From Albugo candida (lineage: Eukaryota): a DNA stretch of 64,000 nucleotides. Under the pieces are notes generated by a model. The model saw only the letters and a list, made by a program, of their open reading frames with translations. It ran no database searches and was not told where the DNA came from. Made by a program: the position numbers and the translations under genes. The stretch lies in NCBI GenBank assembly GCA_040437565.1, contig JBDOQK010000028.1, positions 124,001 to 188,000 on the forward strand, given 5' to 3'. Position 1 is the first letter of the stretch, and each line of letters opens with the position of its first letter. Positions 24,297 through 34,886 of the stretch are shown here, piece by piece.

Positions 24297-25958
24297 ATGA
24301 GTTTGGTACCAGAAGTGGACTTCCCAGCTCGCTATACATTAACGACTTGTACAAAAGATAGTGAATATCGGAACGTAAAATCTATTCCGTCAACTTTATC
24401 AAAACAAGAGGAAACTGATTGGGAATTCACTTCGCTTTTTTCGCGACAAGCATGTGGACTTTTGGTGCAGTATGCTGCTGCTGGGACCGTATACGGCACA
24501 CTTCCTGCTGTCATTGTACCATTTTTAAGCTACTATCTGAACACTCAAGCATCAGTACTGGCTCTAGCGCCTGCAATGTTGTCGATTCCTTGGGCACTTA
24601 AATCAGTAATTCAGTTGTTATTCGACACCGTCAGAATCTTTGGGTACCGCCACCGCCCATGCATGGTCATCGGATGGACTATATGCTGTTCTTCTTTTTT
24701 ATTTATGGCTTTCTTTCCAATGCCACAGCCTTACTATCTTGATCATGCACTACGAGACAAAAGGCCTATGGATTACACCTCAGATGATTTAAAAGGGATC
24801 AATTTTCATGCGCAAGATATTGGCAACAAGTATATGTTGTGCATGGCATTGGCAACACTAGGACATCTCATCGCAGATTCATCTGCTGATGCCATCGTAA
24901 TTGAATACACTCAAAGGGATACAAAATTTGCCCTAGGTCATTTTCAAACGGTAATTTACTCCGTCCGAACGCTATTCATGACCGCTTCACAGATATTCAT
25001 CGGCCTATCACTAAATTCTCCTCTTTATGGGGGACACTTTAGCTTTGGATTGTCTTTTGTACAAGTGATGACGATAATTTCTTTTTTACTGATACCTGTG
25101 ATACCGATGACATGGCTTTTTGTCAGGGAAGAGAAGTTTGTTCCACGTAGCTTGGCAAGGCACATGGAGGCAGTGTGGGACGCAGTCCAAAGTCGCACAC
25201 TCTATCAGATCATAGCATTCAACTTTTTGTCCTCAGTTTGTTCAGGAGTAACTCTTGTGGTATATTATCCGGTCATAATGTACTGGGTCAAAGCAAGCAC
25301 ACTGATGGTCACTATGGCTGGTATCATCGGCAATGTGGTTTTCGCTATGACCTTGATTACGACAGGTAAGTATGGCATCCAATGGAATTGGAGAGCCACG
25401 ACTGCCATTATAACACTTGCCGGGATACTCTTGAACGCAACCTGTACACTACTGACAGCTTTCGACCGTGTTCGTAATCAATGGTTCTGGTTGGGAGTTC
25501 TCATCCTAGAAAATATTCCGTCCGCAGTCGCCTTTGTGATATCAACTTACACGATTGCTGAGTTTGGTGGATGTGAAACAGAAGGAGCTTGTTATAGACT
25601 TTTGACCTTTGTATCGAATCTGGGCACGCCATTTGGTATCATACTCACCAAAAATGTCAACTCATTTTTCAATCTTCGAAATGAAGACATACAAAATGAT
25701 TCCTCCCGTACTCGTCAAGATGTAGCGCTCTTGAGCGTTATTTCTTACGCGTTCAAACTATGCACACTACTTTTTCTCTGTTGGTTGCCTCGACAACGGC
25801 GTCATGTGCAGGAACTCAAAACTATAGACCGTAAAAACAGATTTATGGGCATAATTACGTTAGCTTATTTATCCCTTGCAGGAATATGGGTCATGACGGT
25901 TAGCCTTCTCAGCATGTTTGATAGTACCAAGTGTTTATCTTTCCTCGGTGGTTGTTAG
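24297..25958 (+). CDS. Folate-biopterin transporter (BT1 family, MFS), ~553 aa
   Basis: Motifs GLLVQYAAAG, IPWALK, FGYRHRPCMVIGW, ADAIVIEYTQR, RNQWFWLG and WLPRQR, with multiple TM helices. First ATG at 24297. Confidence 0.85.
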   Translation: MSLVPEVDFPARYTLTTCTKDSEYRNVKSIPSTLSKQEETDWEFTSLFSRQACGLLVQYAAAGTVYGTLPAVIVPFLSYYLNTQASVLALAPAMLSIPWALKSVIQLLFDTVRIFGYRHRPCMVIGWTICCSSFLFMAFFPMPQPYYLDHALRDKRPMDYTSDDLKGINFHAQDIGNKYMLCMALATLGHLIADSSADAIVIEYTQRDTKFALGHFQTVIYSVRTLFMTASQIFIGLSLNSPLYGGHFSFGLSFVQVMTIISFLLIPVIPMTWLFVREEKFVPRSLARHMEAVWDAVQSRTLYQIIAFNFLSSVCSGVTLVVYYPVIMYWVKASTLMVTMAGIIGNVVFAMTLITTGKYGIQWNWRATTAIITLAGILLNATCTLLTAFDRVRNQWFWLGVLILENIPSAVAFVISTYTIAEFGGCETEGACYRLLTFVSNLGTPFGIILTKNVNSFFNLRNEDIQNDSSRTRQDVALLSVISYAFKLCTLLFLCWLPRQRRHVQELKTIDRKNRFMGIITLAYLSLAGIWVMTVSLLSMFDSTKCLSFLGGC

Positions 25959-26023
25959 CGATAACATTTTGTGTTGATACTACAGTACCTTATTTTTCAC
26001 CGGTGGTTTGCTGAGACTTTATA

Positions 26024-27711
26024 ATGCCGATGGTACCAAAATCTTTCTCCAAGTTCGATTTGTTTCGGTAAGAGCAGAGAAAGTAGTTGACAAGTATGGA
26101 CATCAAATAATTATTTCGTATCCTTAGGAAGGTTCCAGACCATTTGAGCGAACACAGCTCGCTGGGAACAGTGTTTACAGTGCTTACGTTTGTGCTGAGT
26201 GTGTACCTGATTCTGGTCAATTTTCGATCGTATCAGGGCACGAGTAATCACTCAATCGTGATTATGGACGACCATCAAGAAGATCAGCTGCGTATAAACT
26301 TCAATATCAGTCTCCTTGCTATACCTTGCCAGTTTGCCAGTGTCGACGTGTCCGATTATATTGGAATGCAACTGATCAATATAACGCGCCATCTTCGCCA
26401 TTTCCAGCTTGCTACGACGGACCAAAGCTCTAGTCACGTGCAACGCGTGCAAGAAATTTTCATTCATGATAGCAACAAAGGACTTCCAATCTGGGGAGGA
26501 GTGAGCCGAACAACTAGACAAGGTGTCCATTATTCTCACCAACTAGACACCGAAACATTCGATGTGTACATGAAGAAATACGAGCTCGTTTTGATCAATT
26601 ATTATGCTCAATGGTGTCCGTTTTCTCAGCAATTAAATCCAGAATGGGAGAAAGCAGCTGCTCAATTGCAGGACCATCCAGAATATAGCGAAACAGTGGC
26701 CATGGCCACCGTGGATTGCACTGATCGAAAATCTGCTTGGCTATGTCGTCGTGCACATGTGCGAGCTTTTCCATCAATGCTGGTAAGAGAGCATATTTGA
26801 ATGGTATTCATACCAATTCTAATCAGGGGCTCGCTCTAGATTTATATTTACGGGAACACGTACACCCGTTACATATACAACGGACCGCGAGATGCAAATC
26901 ACATTCTTCAATTTTTGGATCTCTTTTACCGGCGTCTTGAACCAGACATGGACTTTGCCGAAGAAACTTTTCTTAGCGAGGGCACCGGTGGACTTGCTCA
27001 CCATCAAGGCTTGAATCACAAAAATCTGCAAAGTTTGAATGCAGAAAATTCTCAAAAGAAAGTAAAGCTTCCCGTCGGTGCAGTCGAAGGATGTGAAGTG
27101 TCTGGAAGCCTCAATGTCAATCGAGTACCGAGTCGATTGGTCTTTACTGCTAGGTCAAAAGACCTATCGTTCGACTTGAGTGGGATTAACGTGACGCATA
27201 TCGTTCACCATCTCTCCTTCGGTCAAGTGACGCGGAAGCAATACTCAAAAGCAACACAGTCGTCGATGTCGTTTGATCACTTTTCAATGGATGGGAAGAT
27301 CTTTCGGACGGAAAATGAAAATATAACCGTGGAGCATTTCCTAAGCGTACGTGAGAGTGGTCAGCTCGTCCAAATTTGACCAACCTTCACATTATTGTAT
27401 CTTAGGTCATTGGCGTCAATCACATGGAAGCAAAAAGTAAACGTTTCGGCCTTGTTGAACGGACGTATGAGATTGTTGCTCGTAGCAATCAGTACAATGC
27501 GACCGACATGCTGCCTGCGGCCCTGTTTACGTTTGATATCTCACCTCTAGTCATACAATTGTCGTTAGATTCCATGCCATTGTATCGTTTCATCACTTCG
27601 CTTTGCGCAATCGTGGGCGGTATGGTCACAATAATCGGATTCGTGGACGCTGGTGTTTTTCACACAATGAATTCTATCAAAAGAAAGCGACGGCTCGGGA
27701 AGTTAAACTAG
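26024..27711 (+). CDS. ERGIC Erv41/Erv46-family protein with inserted thioredoxin domain (PDI-C type), 4 exons
   Basis: Start MPMVPKSFSKFDLFR|KVP. Introns 26068-26127, 26783-26839 and 27347-27405. ERGIC_N motif LRINFNISL..IPCQFASVDVSD, Trx motif NYYAQWCPFS, COPII-ERV C-terminal motifs GCEVSGSLNVNRVP, HIVHHLSFG, FDISPL and SLCAIVGG. Confidence 0.88.
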
Positions 27712-27779
27712 AATCAAAAGCCTTTTGTTTCTCCTTCAGCATACGATTATAATCTGAATATAATCAAATTGGCTGAAGT

Positions 27780-29357
27780 TCAAAGATTCTTCGACTTTTT
27801 GAAGGAGCATTTTCCGCTTGCTTTGCCCATTTCGATTGCCTGGTACACCAATTGATACAATGACGTGCAGACATAGAGATTTCCGACTCCACATGATACA
27901 GACATAAGCATCAAGGGAGCAAATGGGTATCGTGTCCCCAGTATTGGCACATAAGGGAAGCAAGCAGCGACAAATGTAACGCTAACAAGCACGCTCAAGT
28001 ACATATTTTCCCACCAACGCAACTTGGCATCCCCAACAGTATACGTCGCAGAATAACATATAAATCCATGAAAGACTGTGAGGAGAACTTTGGTAACATT
28101 CTCTGCAGGTGTGAATAGCAATGGTAGCAATGAGATATTGGCAATGATGGAAGCGATCCGATATAGTACCATTTCTTCGACACCATCTATGCTCATGAGT
28201 GCCAGAGGAATGGTTACTTGTAATATTGCTTTCTCATGTACGTGATAGCCAAACAAGAACGCACAAAGCATGCAGTACACAAATGCGGGCAAAAATATGC
28301 GGGGGCGTGCGTGGCGCCAAATATTTACTAGTACGGGAGTCATCGCCATAATTGTGCAAAGCCCACAGAGCCCAGCAGGAATGTCTGGAAGAACGTTGAA
28401 TTTTGCGCGCTCGACCAGACCGCCAGTCATAGATGCTACTTGTAAGTGACTTGTATCTCCCCAACCACTCAAGCTTAGAACTTTGTCGAGAAATGCATAC
28501 AAAGCCCACACGTTTGGAGCCCAGTATGCATGGCAAAGCCCTCGTTGCATTGGGAACAGCCGCATTAGGACCGCTTCAAATCCTATTCGTGGGTTTGGAT
28601 GGGCATATATAATCGAGCTGAAGCCTGTGGATACCACAAGAATCACAACAGCTCCTAGCTTGACAAAATTCCAAAATGAAAAAGTGCTATGACCAAGATC
28701 TTTTCTAGCGGTGCGGCTTGGTGGCTGGAAACAGTAGTGTCGGAACAGGTAGACCAAATAGAGCGGTGCTACATAAAGGAAAGTGTGCTTCATCATGATG
28801 ACGATGGTGTACAATAAAGCTGCACGTAGGTCTTGCTCGGCTCGTATGTGACTAATACTGAGTATGATCAGAGCAAGAAGCAGCGTGTTGTACTGAAAGT
28901 GAATGTGATCCACCATAAGCAAGCCTGCGTCAAATAGCACTAGACAAAAGAGAACTTTCCGTCTACATGCTTGATGGAAACCTGCTGAAAAACGGTAAAT
29001 CGAATATATCAAGACAAAATCACACAAAATGACAGAAGTCCGCTGGAAATTTAAAAGTGATTTGCTCTGTACTGGCGTTGGCGAGATACGTAACGCATCA
29101 GGATCGAGAAATAAAGCAGCAATCTGCGCCAAACAGGACTGAAACCATGCAAAAAGCGGCGGATAATCCATTGTCCATTCGCTTGTATGCTCATGATACC
29201 ACTCCGAAGGAGGTAGATGATGCACAATACTCAGCCAATTGCGATGAACCTCAAAGTCTGTCGACACATAGGACGGAAAAAGCAATATTTTTAATGCAAA
29301 ACTCGACGCAAAAATACAAATGAGTTCATAATTTCGATCGATTAAATGCCAAACCAT
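27780..29357 (-). CDS. ALG8: Dolichyl-P-Glc alpha-1,3-glucosyltransferase ALG8, 525 aa
   Basis: Motifs STDFEVHRNWL, EWTMDYPPLFAWF, VDHIHFQYN, RLFPMQRGLCHAYWAPN and GYHVHEKAIL. C-terminal KxKxx (KSKNL) ER-retrieval signal. Confidence 0.93.
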   Translation of the reverse strand: MVWHLIDRNYELICIFASSFALKILLFPSYVSTDFEVHRNWLSIVHHLPPSEWYHEHTSEWTMDYPPLFAWFQSCLAQIAALFLDPDALRISPTPVQSKSLLNFQRTSVILCDFVLIYSIYRFSAGFHQACRRKVLFCLVLFDAGLLMVDHIHFQYNTLLLALIILSISHIRAEQDLRAALLYTIVIMMKHTFLYVAPLYLVYLFRHYCFQPPSRTARKDLGHSTFSFWNFVKLGAVVILVVSTGFSSIIYAHPNPRIGFEAVLMRLFPMQRGLCHAYWAPNVWALYAFLDKVLSLSGWGDTSHLQVASMTGGLVERAKFNVLPDIPAGLCGLCTIMAMTPVLVNIWRHARPRIFLPAFVYCMLCAFLFGYHVHEKAILQVTIPLALMSIDGVEEMVLYRIASIIANISLLPLLFTPAENVTKVLLTVFHGFICYSATYTVGDAKLRWWENMYLSVLVSVTFVAACFPYVPILGTRYPFAPLMLMSVSCGVGNLYVCTSLYQLVYQAIEMGKASGKCSFKKSKNL

Positions 29358-29552
29358 TTACGACCACTCCTGCCAGCCTGAAAGCAGCTCTCATTGGATC
29401 GATTTTGGTAGCCCATAACTATGGCTATGTGATGCAATTAAATAAGATTTTTTGTATGGACCGCTAATCAAGTCTAAAGCGACTCTCAACGAGACTTAAG
29501 CTGGCTGAAACGTCGGCCAATATTCGGTCTTCTCTTTGGTGCAATCGGAAAC

Positions 29553-29912
29553 ATGAGTCAAGATGAATCGATTGATGTACAAGTGCCTTCAAATCCCGTG
29601 GAAAATATGAACGTTGAACTCGAACCAGCGCAAAAGTGCCAGAAGCCGCAAGCGTCCTACAGGGTTTTGTGTTGTGGTAACTCAGCATTGGATTTGCTGC
29701 TGATAGTATCATCTCTATTGGCAGTTTATGGGATGACCACGATCCTATTCGTGCTTTGTCTGCGAGCTGTCCTGCAAACGGATGACACTTCCACAGCATT
29801 ATGGATGTTCTTTGGAATATATGCTTCTTTCGTCGGGATGTTGTGCCTTGCTTTGGCGATCAAGCTCTACGATTCGAGAGAAAGTGCGATCGAGTCACAG
29901 GAAATATTATAG
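29553..29912 (+). CDS. Small hypothetical two-TM membrane protein, 119 aa
   Basis: ATG-initiated ORF with two clear hydrophobic helices, filling the space between ALG8 and ATG6. Confidence 0.55.
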   Translation: MSQDESIDVQVPSNPVENMNVELEPAQKCQKPQASYRVLCCGNSALDLLLIVSSLLAVYGMTTILFVLCLRAVLQTDDTSTALWMFFGIYASFVGMLCLALAIKLYDSRESAIESQEIL

Positions 29913-30186
29913 GCGTCCATCAAATGAATTGATTATTTTTTTCTTTCGCTATCTATTACCATGGAAGCTGCTTTCTCAATTCAAGTTTCTCGTCCCAAAA
30001 GCACCTAAATGGCTTACAAGTTGATTTCTGTTCCACTATGAAAGGAAAGTATTCATTCTCCTGATTAGCTTACACATAGTATGCAGACGTTGATCGCGTA
30101 CGGAGCTAAAACTTGAGCTAAATAAAACAGGGCCGCGTCAAGCTTTAGGGTGGCACGAAAAATGTCTAGGCATGTAATTCTCAAAA

Positions 30187-31905
30187 TTATGGGTACTGCT
30201 TTGCGACCCAGGCAAGTAGCCACTTGAGATGTGTGAGCATATACTTGAGTGCTTTGCTCCACTGTTCATCATTTCCAAGCGAAATCGGTAAATCGCCAAT
30301 CTTCCCACGTGACATCTTGTACGGGAATCGGAGCGCTGGTTCTTCTCGCATCGCTCGTTGGCAGGCGTCATCAACACATTCCAGGAAAAGAATCAAGGCC
30401 TGGTTGAAACCTCGACGACGAAACATGCCACCGTCACTATATAAACAATACTCTTTCCCATACATGTTGACTACTCGAGAAAAGCTTCCCCGAGGAATCA
30501 ATTTATTTCTTGTAAACTCTATGGTTGCTCGTTCTGCAATAGTAGCCAAAAGTAGCACAGAATGACCGAGAGCCGCATTGATCTCTATCCATTCTACCGG
30601 TTTGGATGGTAAGCGCCCAAGACGAAGCCCGTTGATTGTTCCCAAAACTCCATCGTGCCAAATATGGAAAACATCGTTGCAAACGTCGTACCGCTCCAGC
30701 CGTCTTAGCATATCCGAGGTGTGTACACTAAAGACTCCGACAGATTGGCGCTCATCCCTAATCAAGCTTAAAATATGTTGTAAGAAAGCTCCTTCGCGGA
30801 ACGTTCCATGAATCAGTTCCTCGAACTTTTTTCCTGTTGACCATACTTCTTCACGTCTTTGTACCAATCCCCGACACTTAGTTTCCAACTCTTTCACTTC
30901 TTTCTGCAGTTCCCTTTCTTCTTCCTCTAATGCTGAAATCGATTTTCTTTCAAAAGAATGATGTTCTGACTCGGAAATTGATAATAAAAACTTTTCGTAC
31001 TCAGATTGCCGAGTTTCCTCATCCTTTATTTGTCTACAGCAAGAGATTGTGATTTTTGATTTCGTAAAGAAGACTCGGCATGTGCACCTCTCTAGTGTAT
31101 CAATGGCTGCTTGCTCGCAACTATTACAGGAAGATCCGCTTTGCTGCATCAAGAGCGAGCTAAATAAAAAGTGAACTACATCAGGTCCAATACAAGCCAC
31201 AGACGTCGTCTTACATAATAAAGAACTTACCTACAATCCAACATTTCATTATACCAGCATGTAGCATCAGGGCCAATTTTACGTTTCCGAATAAGTCTTC
31301 TTTTCCGATATCGAGAATTCTCTGTGACACCGCCAAAGTTATCCATATTATTACTATCTAATGAATCGGCATAAATCCATCCTTCTTCATCCGATAATGG
31401 TATCGTGGTATCGTTTTCCCAGGAAGATACCCAGCAGTCCGGGTTACTCGTCAGACGTTGTGGAACGGCGCTCTCTATTGAGCTCCCTTTTGCAAAGCGA
31501 TAAAGACTTTGAAATGGAGCAAACGAAGAGTGTACCGGGCCGTCCTTTTCCTCACTTGGTCGCCACGTAAGATTGGGAGGATACTCGCTGTCTAAATCCT
31601 CCGTCATTGGACGTTCGTTTTGTTCTGCACGGATTTGCTGTTCTTCGACAGCTTCAGTCAAAAAAACAATGTTATCAGCGTCATCTGATTCTGAAAAAAC
31701 GGGTGTGTAACACAGACGAATCTTCTCCTGATCGTACAATCGCTGCAGAGTTCCTAAAGTTGACAAAAGCATTGGTACACATGCTACATGAGCATTCTAG
31801 TGGCTGAGAGTGGGACACAATATATCTTCACCTACGGTGTATGGATTTTATGTCATTTAGATCGCATTTTAGCTGGAGCAGCGCTCCACAATGTTCACAA
31901 TTCAT
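30187..31905 (-). CDS. ATG6: Beclin-1/Atg6/Vps30 with an inserted DysF-like domain, multi-exon
   Basis: Exon 1 MNCEHCGALL (Beclin N-terminal CxxC), then a CNSC motif and coiled coil. BARA/APG6 motifs DVFHIWHDGVLGTINGLRLGRL, WIEINAALGH, FPYKM..GKIG and WSKALKYMLTHLKWLLAW. Three short introns inferred. Confidence 0.9.
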
Positions 31906-32006
31906 GCTGTCGAAACGGTATTATCAGTAGTCATATCGATTGGACAATATAAACAGTCAACGATGCTGGCTGTATATTAGATCCAATTACAACTAAACAA
32001 TCAAAG

Positions 32007-32237
32007 CTAAGGATTAGAATGGATTAAATTAGGCCGTTGATATGTCTGAGTCCCGTTCGATTCTGTCGCGTCCGAGCATTGGGGAAATTCACAATTTAGA
32101 TCTGGATCACGTTTCAATATCTCTCCATTTTCGCACATTTTCGCATCTTCAAAACATGATCCATTGCATTCGCTGAGAGAAATCCACTCCGTAATGCACA
32201 GCGCCACGCATAAGAAAAACCAAACGAGCCGCCTCAT
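32007..32237 (-). CDS. Small secreted cysteine-rich protein, 76 aa
   Basis: Signal peptide MRRLVWFFLCVALCITEWISLS followed by the motif CFEDAKMCENGEILKRDPDLNCEFPQC. Confidence 0.7.
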   Translation of the reverse strand: MRRLVWFFLCVALCITEWISLSECNGSCFEDAKMCENGEILKRDPDLNCEFPQCSDATESNGTQTYQRPNLIHSNP

Positions 32238-32322
32238 TTTCTTCGCAAATCTCTTCTTTTTCCAATATATTTGACCACTGAAAAAAAATCACTCGTCGTT
32301 CGGTTACGACATGTCTACCCTT

Positions 32323-32540
32323 GCGATAGATTATAATTAAATTATTGTGAAGGTACCTGGATGGGGCTTTCATTTTTCAGGNNNNNNNNNNNNNNNNNNN
32401 NNNNNNNNNNNNNNNNNNNNNNNNNNNNNNNNNNNNNNNNNNNNNNNNNNNNNNNNNNNNNNNNNNNNNNNNNNNNNNNNNGCGATAGATTATAATTAAA
32501 TTATTGTGAAGGTACCTGGATGGGGCTTTCATTTTTCAGG
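32323..32540. repeat. 59-bp duplication (32323-32381 = 32482-32540) across a 100-N gap
   Basis: Identical sequence on both sides of the gap 32382-32481. Confidence 0.85.
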
Positions 32541-32546
32541 TTGGCT

Positions 32547-34886
32547 TCAGGACAGCAAGATCTGCGGTGAGATTTCCATTACCTCAACAGACTCACTTGA
32601 TGAGTCTATTTCCACTGATGATGATTGCAGTGATTCAAATTGATCAATTTTTGCTGTATTCCAATCTTCTTCTAATTGATCTTCGATGTCTTCTTCTGCC
32701 TCTTTCGATATTTGCATTGTATTGTACTCTTGATGGCGAGAGATCTCGGCATCGGCTGAAAGTACCGCTGTGGCACCGGAACTCCCAACAAGCATTGGAC
32801 AATCATCATGAAGACGAAGTTCAATCACACAGCCATTTCGTAATCCATGCTCATCAAGGGTCAAAATGTAGTCTTCCTCGCCGATGAGTGTGTCTCCCCA
32901 GTACAGGTGCTGGTCCCAAATTGTTAACTGTTGCTCTGTCAACTCTTCGATCCAATATTTGATTGTGTTGACCGTATCTTGAGGTTTTACACCAAGTGAA
33001 AGCAGAATGCTCGGGTTATTGTCGACTTCAGTATTCTCTTGTGCGGAAGATGGCGGGCTAGACTGTGTCTCCAATTGGCTCAACTCTTGCATTTCCAAGG
33101 CCACACGTGGGAAGTTTGCTACAACTGGAGGGACCTGAATATATAGAGTGAATTTAGCTACTGTCTCTGCTGCCACAATCTTATCGACCAGCCGTTGGCG
33201 CCGCCTCTGATTTGGCGATGTGTAAGTACTGACAGAGCCATGTTCTGTCAAATAGTCAGCCACAGTTCGGGCTCGCTTTGGTTGCCGCGTTTGGCTTGAT
33301 CGACGCCAGCGTGCTGTCCGACTTCGCACTGTGATGACTCGATGCTTCTTTCCTCTTTTGTTTGCACGAGAAGTGTTCGCGTCATTGCTTGAGTTGCCAA
33401 GAAGATACCCAGCGGGTTTCCCGAGGGGAAGAAGAAATGGGACATCCATTTCTATGCTTTGAGACCTTCCATCGTGGTCAGAAAACAACAATTTTCGTTT
33501 GCGCGTAGAAGTTCCAGCTTCCTCACTCGGCTGACCATATACTCGTCCACTGATCCAACACACGTACCTAAGCTCCTTTGCCTTTAAAACTTGGCAATTA
33601 CACTGTTCATAGCTGCATATATGAGGCGTTCCATGATTTCGACACACATAGATGCCGCTATCAAGGAATTGGAATGACTTATTACAGATTGTCGAACAGC
33701 ATTCACTTGCACAATCCGAACTGAACGGAGCAGAAGCTGTGCCCAAGTAGATATTGGCGTCACTTAATAATCTTGCTGCTTCAGGCTGCGGAGATCCAGG
33801 GCTCGAGAGAGCAGTGTCAGTCTCACAGACCTCACCATCTTCATCGTCACAATTCTGATACATGTCCCTAGCTGTATACTTGCAGGGTAATTCGATGCTC
33901 TCATTGTAATGTTCATGAATCCAAGATTGCACAAGCCAATATGCACGTACGGGACACACTCTTTCGTCAAAAGTTTGTAGCTCATTTTCCATGCCGTGAC
34001 TAGTGCATGTAGCATCACAAGCATGAATGTACTTGTGAAGTAAGCAAACGTATACACGTCTTCTTGTTGACCCATGATACTCCAAATCTCTGTCCATACT
34101 GACAATCTTTCCACAGCCTTCACCCACACACTCCTTTCCAGTTTCAAATCTTATTTCTGTGGCATTAATTGACAAGATTTTGGCCCATGCTGCAATTCGA
34201 TCCATAACGTCCATCTTATACTTGACTCGCTTCATCCATTCCAACGAAGCAATTTCAGTGTCGGCTTCAAGTTGTACTTGATTCTTCACATCTACGAAAT
34301 GATACGGATGTGGAATTCTCGAGGTAGAAATTCTCGCATCGTACTGCTCTCTTTTGATGGGATCGCTAAGAGTTTCATATGCTGCAATGAGCTGCGCAAA
34401 ATGCATATCATCTTCTTCAGCTCCTTTCTTCTGTTCGTCATTGTTCAGCTCACTCCCATGGTTCGCACCAGTGTCCACCGCTTGTATAAAGTGTTTCTTG
34501 TCTGGATGATGCAGCAGCGCCAATTGCCGGAAGTGGCGTTTGATCTCTTGCGGTGTGGCTTTATCTGCCTGAGCAATTCCTAATAGATCATAATACGTTC
34601 GAACTGATCTCTTCGTACTTAGTTTACGACGGGAAGAGAGTTTCGACGATGCACCGGATCTATCGGAAGGTTTACCGCGCACAGATGCCTCATTTTTTCC
34701 TAGCGTAGAAGCCTGATAAGGATTCCATGTCACAGCAACACGATCGAGCCGAACTCGAACAGCACTGCACTCGGCGCTGGTACTGCATTGGCTTACTTGA
34801 TTTCGCAATGTGTGAGCATCTAAAGAGCTTATCGCGCCTCGTTTTTCATAGTCTACAATTTGGTTAAGAAGAGCTTGGGCGCTCAT
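32547..34886 (-). CDS. DnaJ-domain protein with Cys/His Zn-binding motifs and a C-terminal ubiquitin-like domain, ~779 aa
   Basis: J-domain TYYDLLGI...EIKRHFRQLALLHHPDK...F..LIAAYETLSDP.KR.QYD. Two C-x2-H-x3-H-x-C motifs. Ubl-like segment VKPQDTVNTIKYWIEE...QHLYWG...TLDEHGLRNGCVIEL. First ATG at 34886. Confidence 0.85.
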   Translation of the reverse strand: MSAQALLNQIVDYEKRGAISSLDAHTLRNQVSQCSTSAECSAVRVRLDRVAVTWNPYQASTLGKNEASVRGKPSDRSGASSKLSSRRKLSTKRSVRTYYDLLGIAQADKATPQEIKRHFRQLALLHHPDKKHFIQAVDTGANHGSELNNDEQKKGAEEDDMHFAQLIAAYETLSDPIKREQYDARISTSRIPHPYHFVDVKNQVQLEADTEIASLEWMKRVKYKMDVMDRIAAWAKILSINATEIRFETGKECVGEGCGKIVSMDRDLEYHGSTRRRVYVCLLHKYIHACDATCTSHGMENELQTFDERVCPVRAYWLVQSWIHEHYNESIELPCKYTARDMYQNCDDEDGEVCETDTALSSPGSPQPEAARLLSDANIYLGTASAPFSSDCASECCSTICNKSFQFLDSGIYVCRNHGTPHICSYEQCNCQVLKAKELRYVCWISGRVYGQPSEEAGTSTRKRKLLFSDHDGRSQSIEMDVPFLLPLGKPAGYLLGNSSNDANTSRANKRGKKHRVITVRSRTARWRRSSQTRQPKRARTVADYLTEHGSVSTYTSPNQRRRQRLVDKIVAAETVAKFTLYIQVPPVVANFPRVALEMQELSQLETQSSPPSSAQENTEVDNNPSILLSLGVKPQDTVNTIKYWIEELTEQQLTIWDQHLYWGDTLIGEEDYILTLDEHGLRNGCVIELRLHDDCPMLVGSSGATAVLSADAEISRHQEYNTMQISKEAEEDIEDQLEEDWNTAKIDQFESLQSSSVEIDSSSESVEVMEISPQILLS

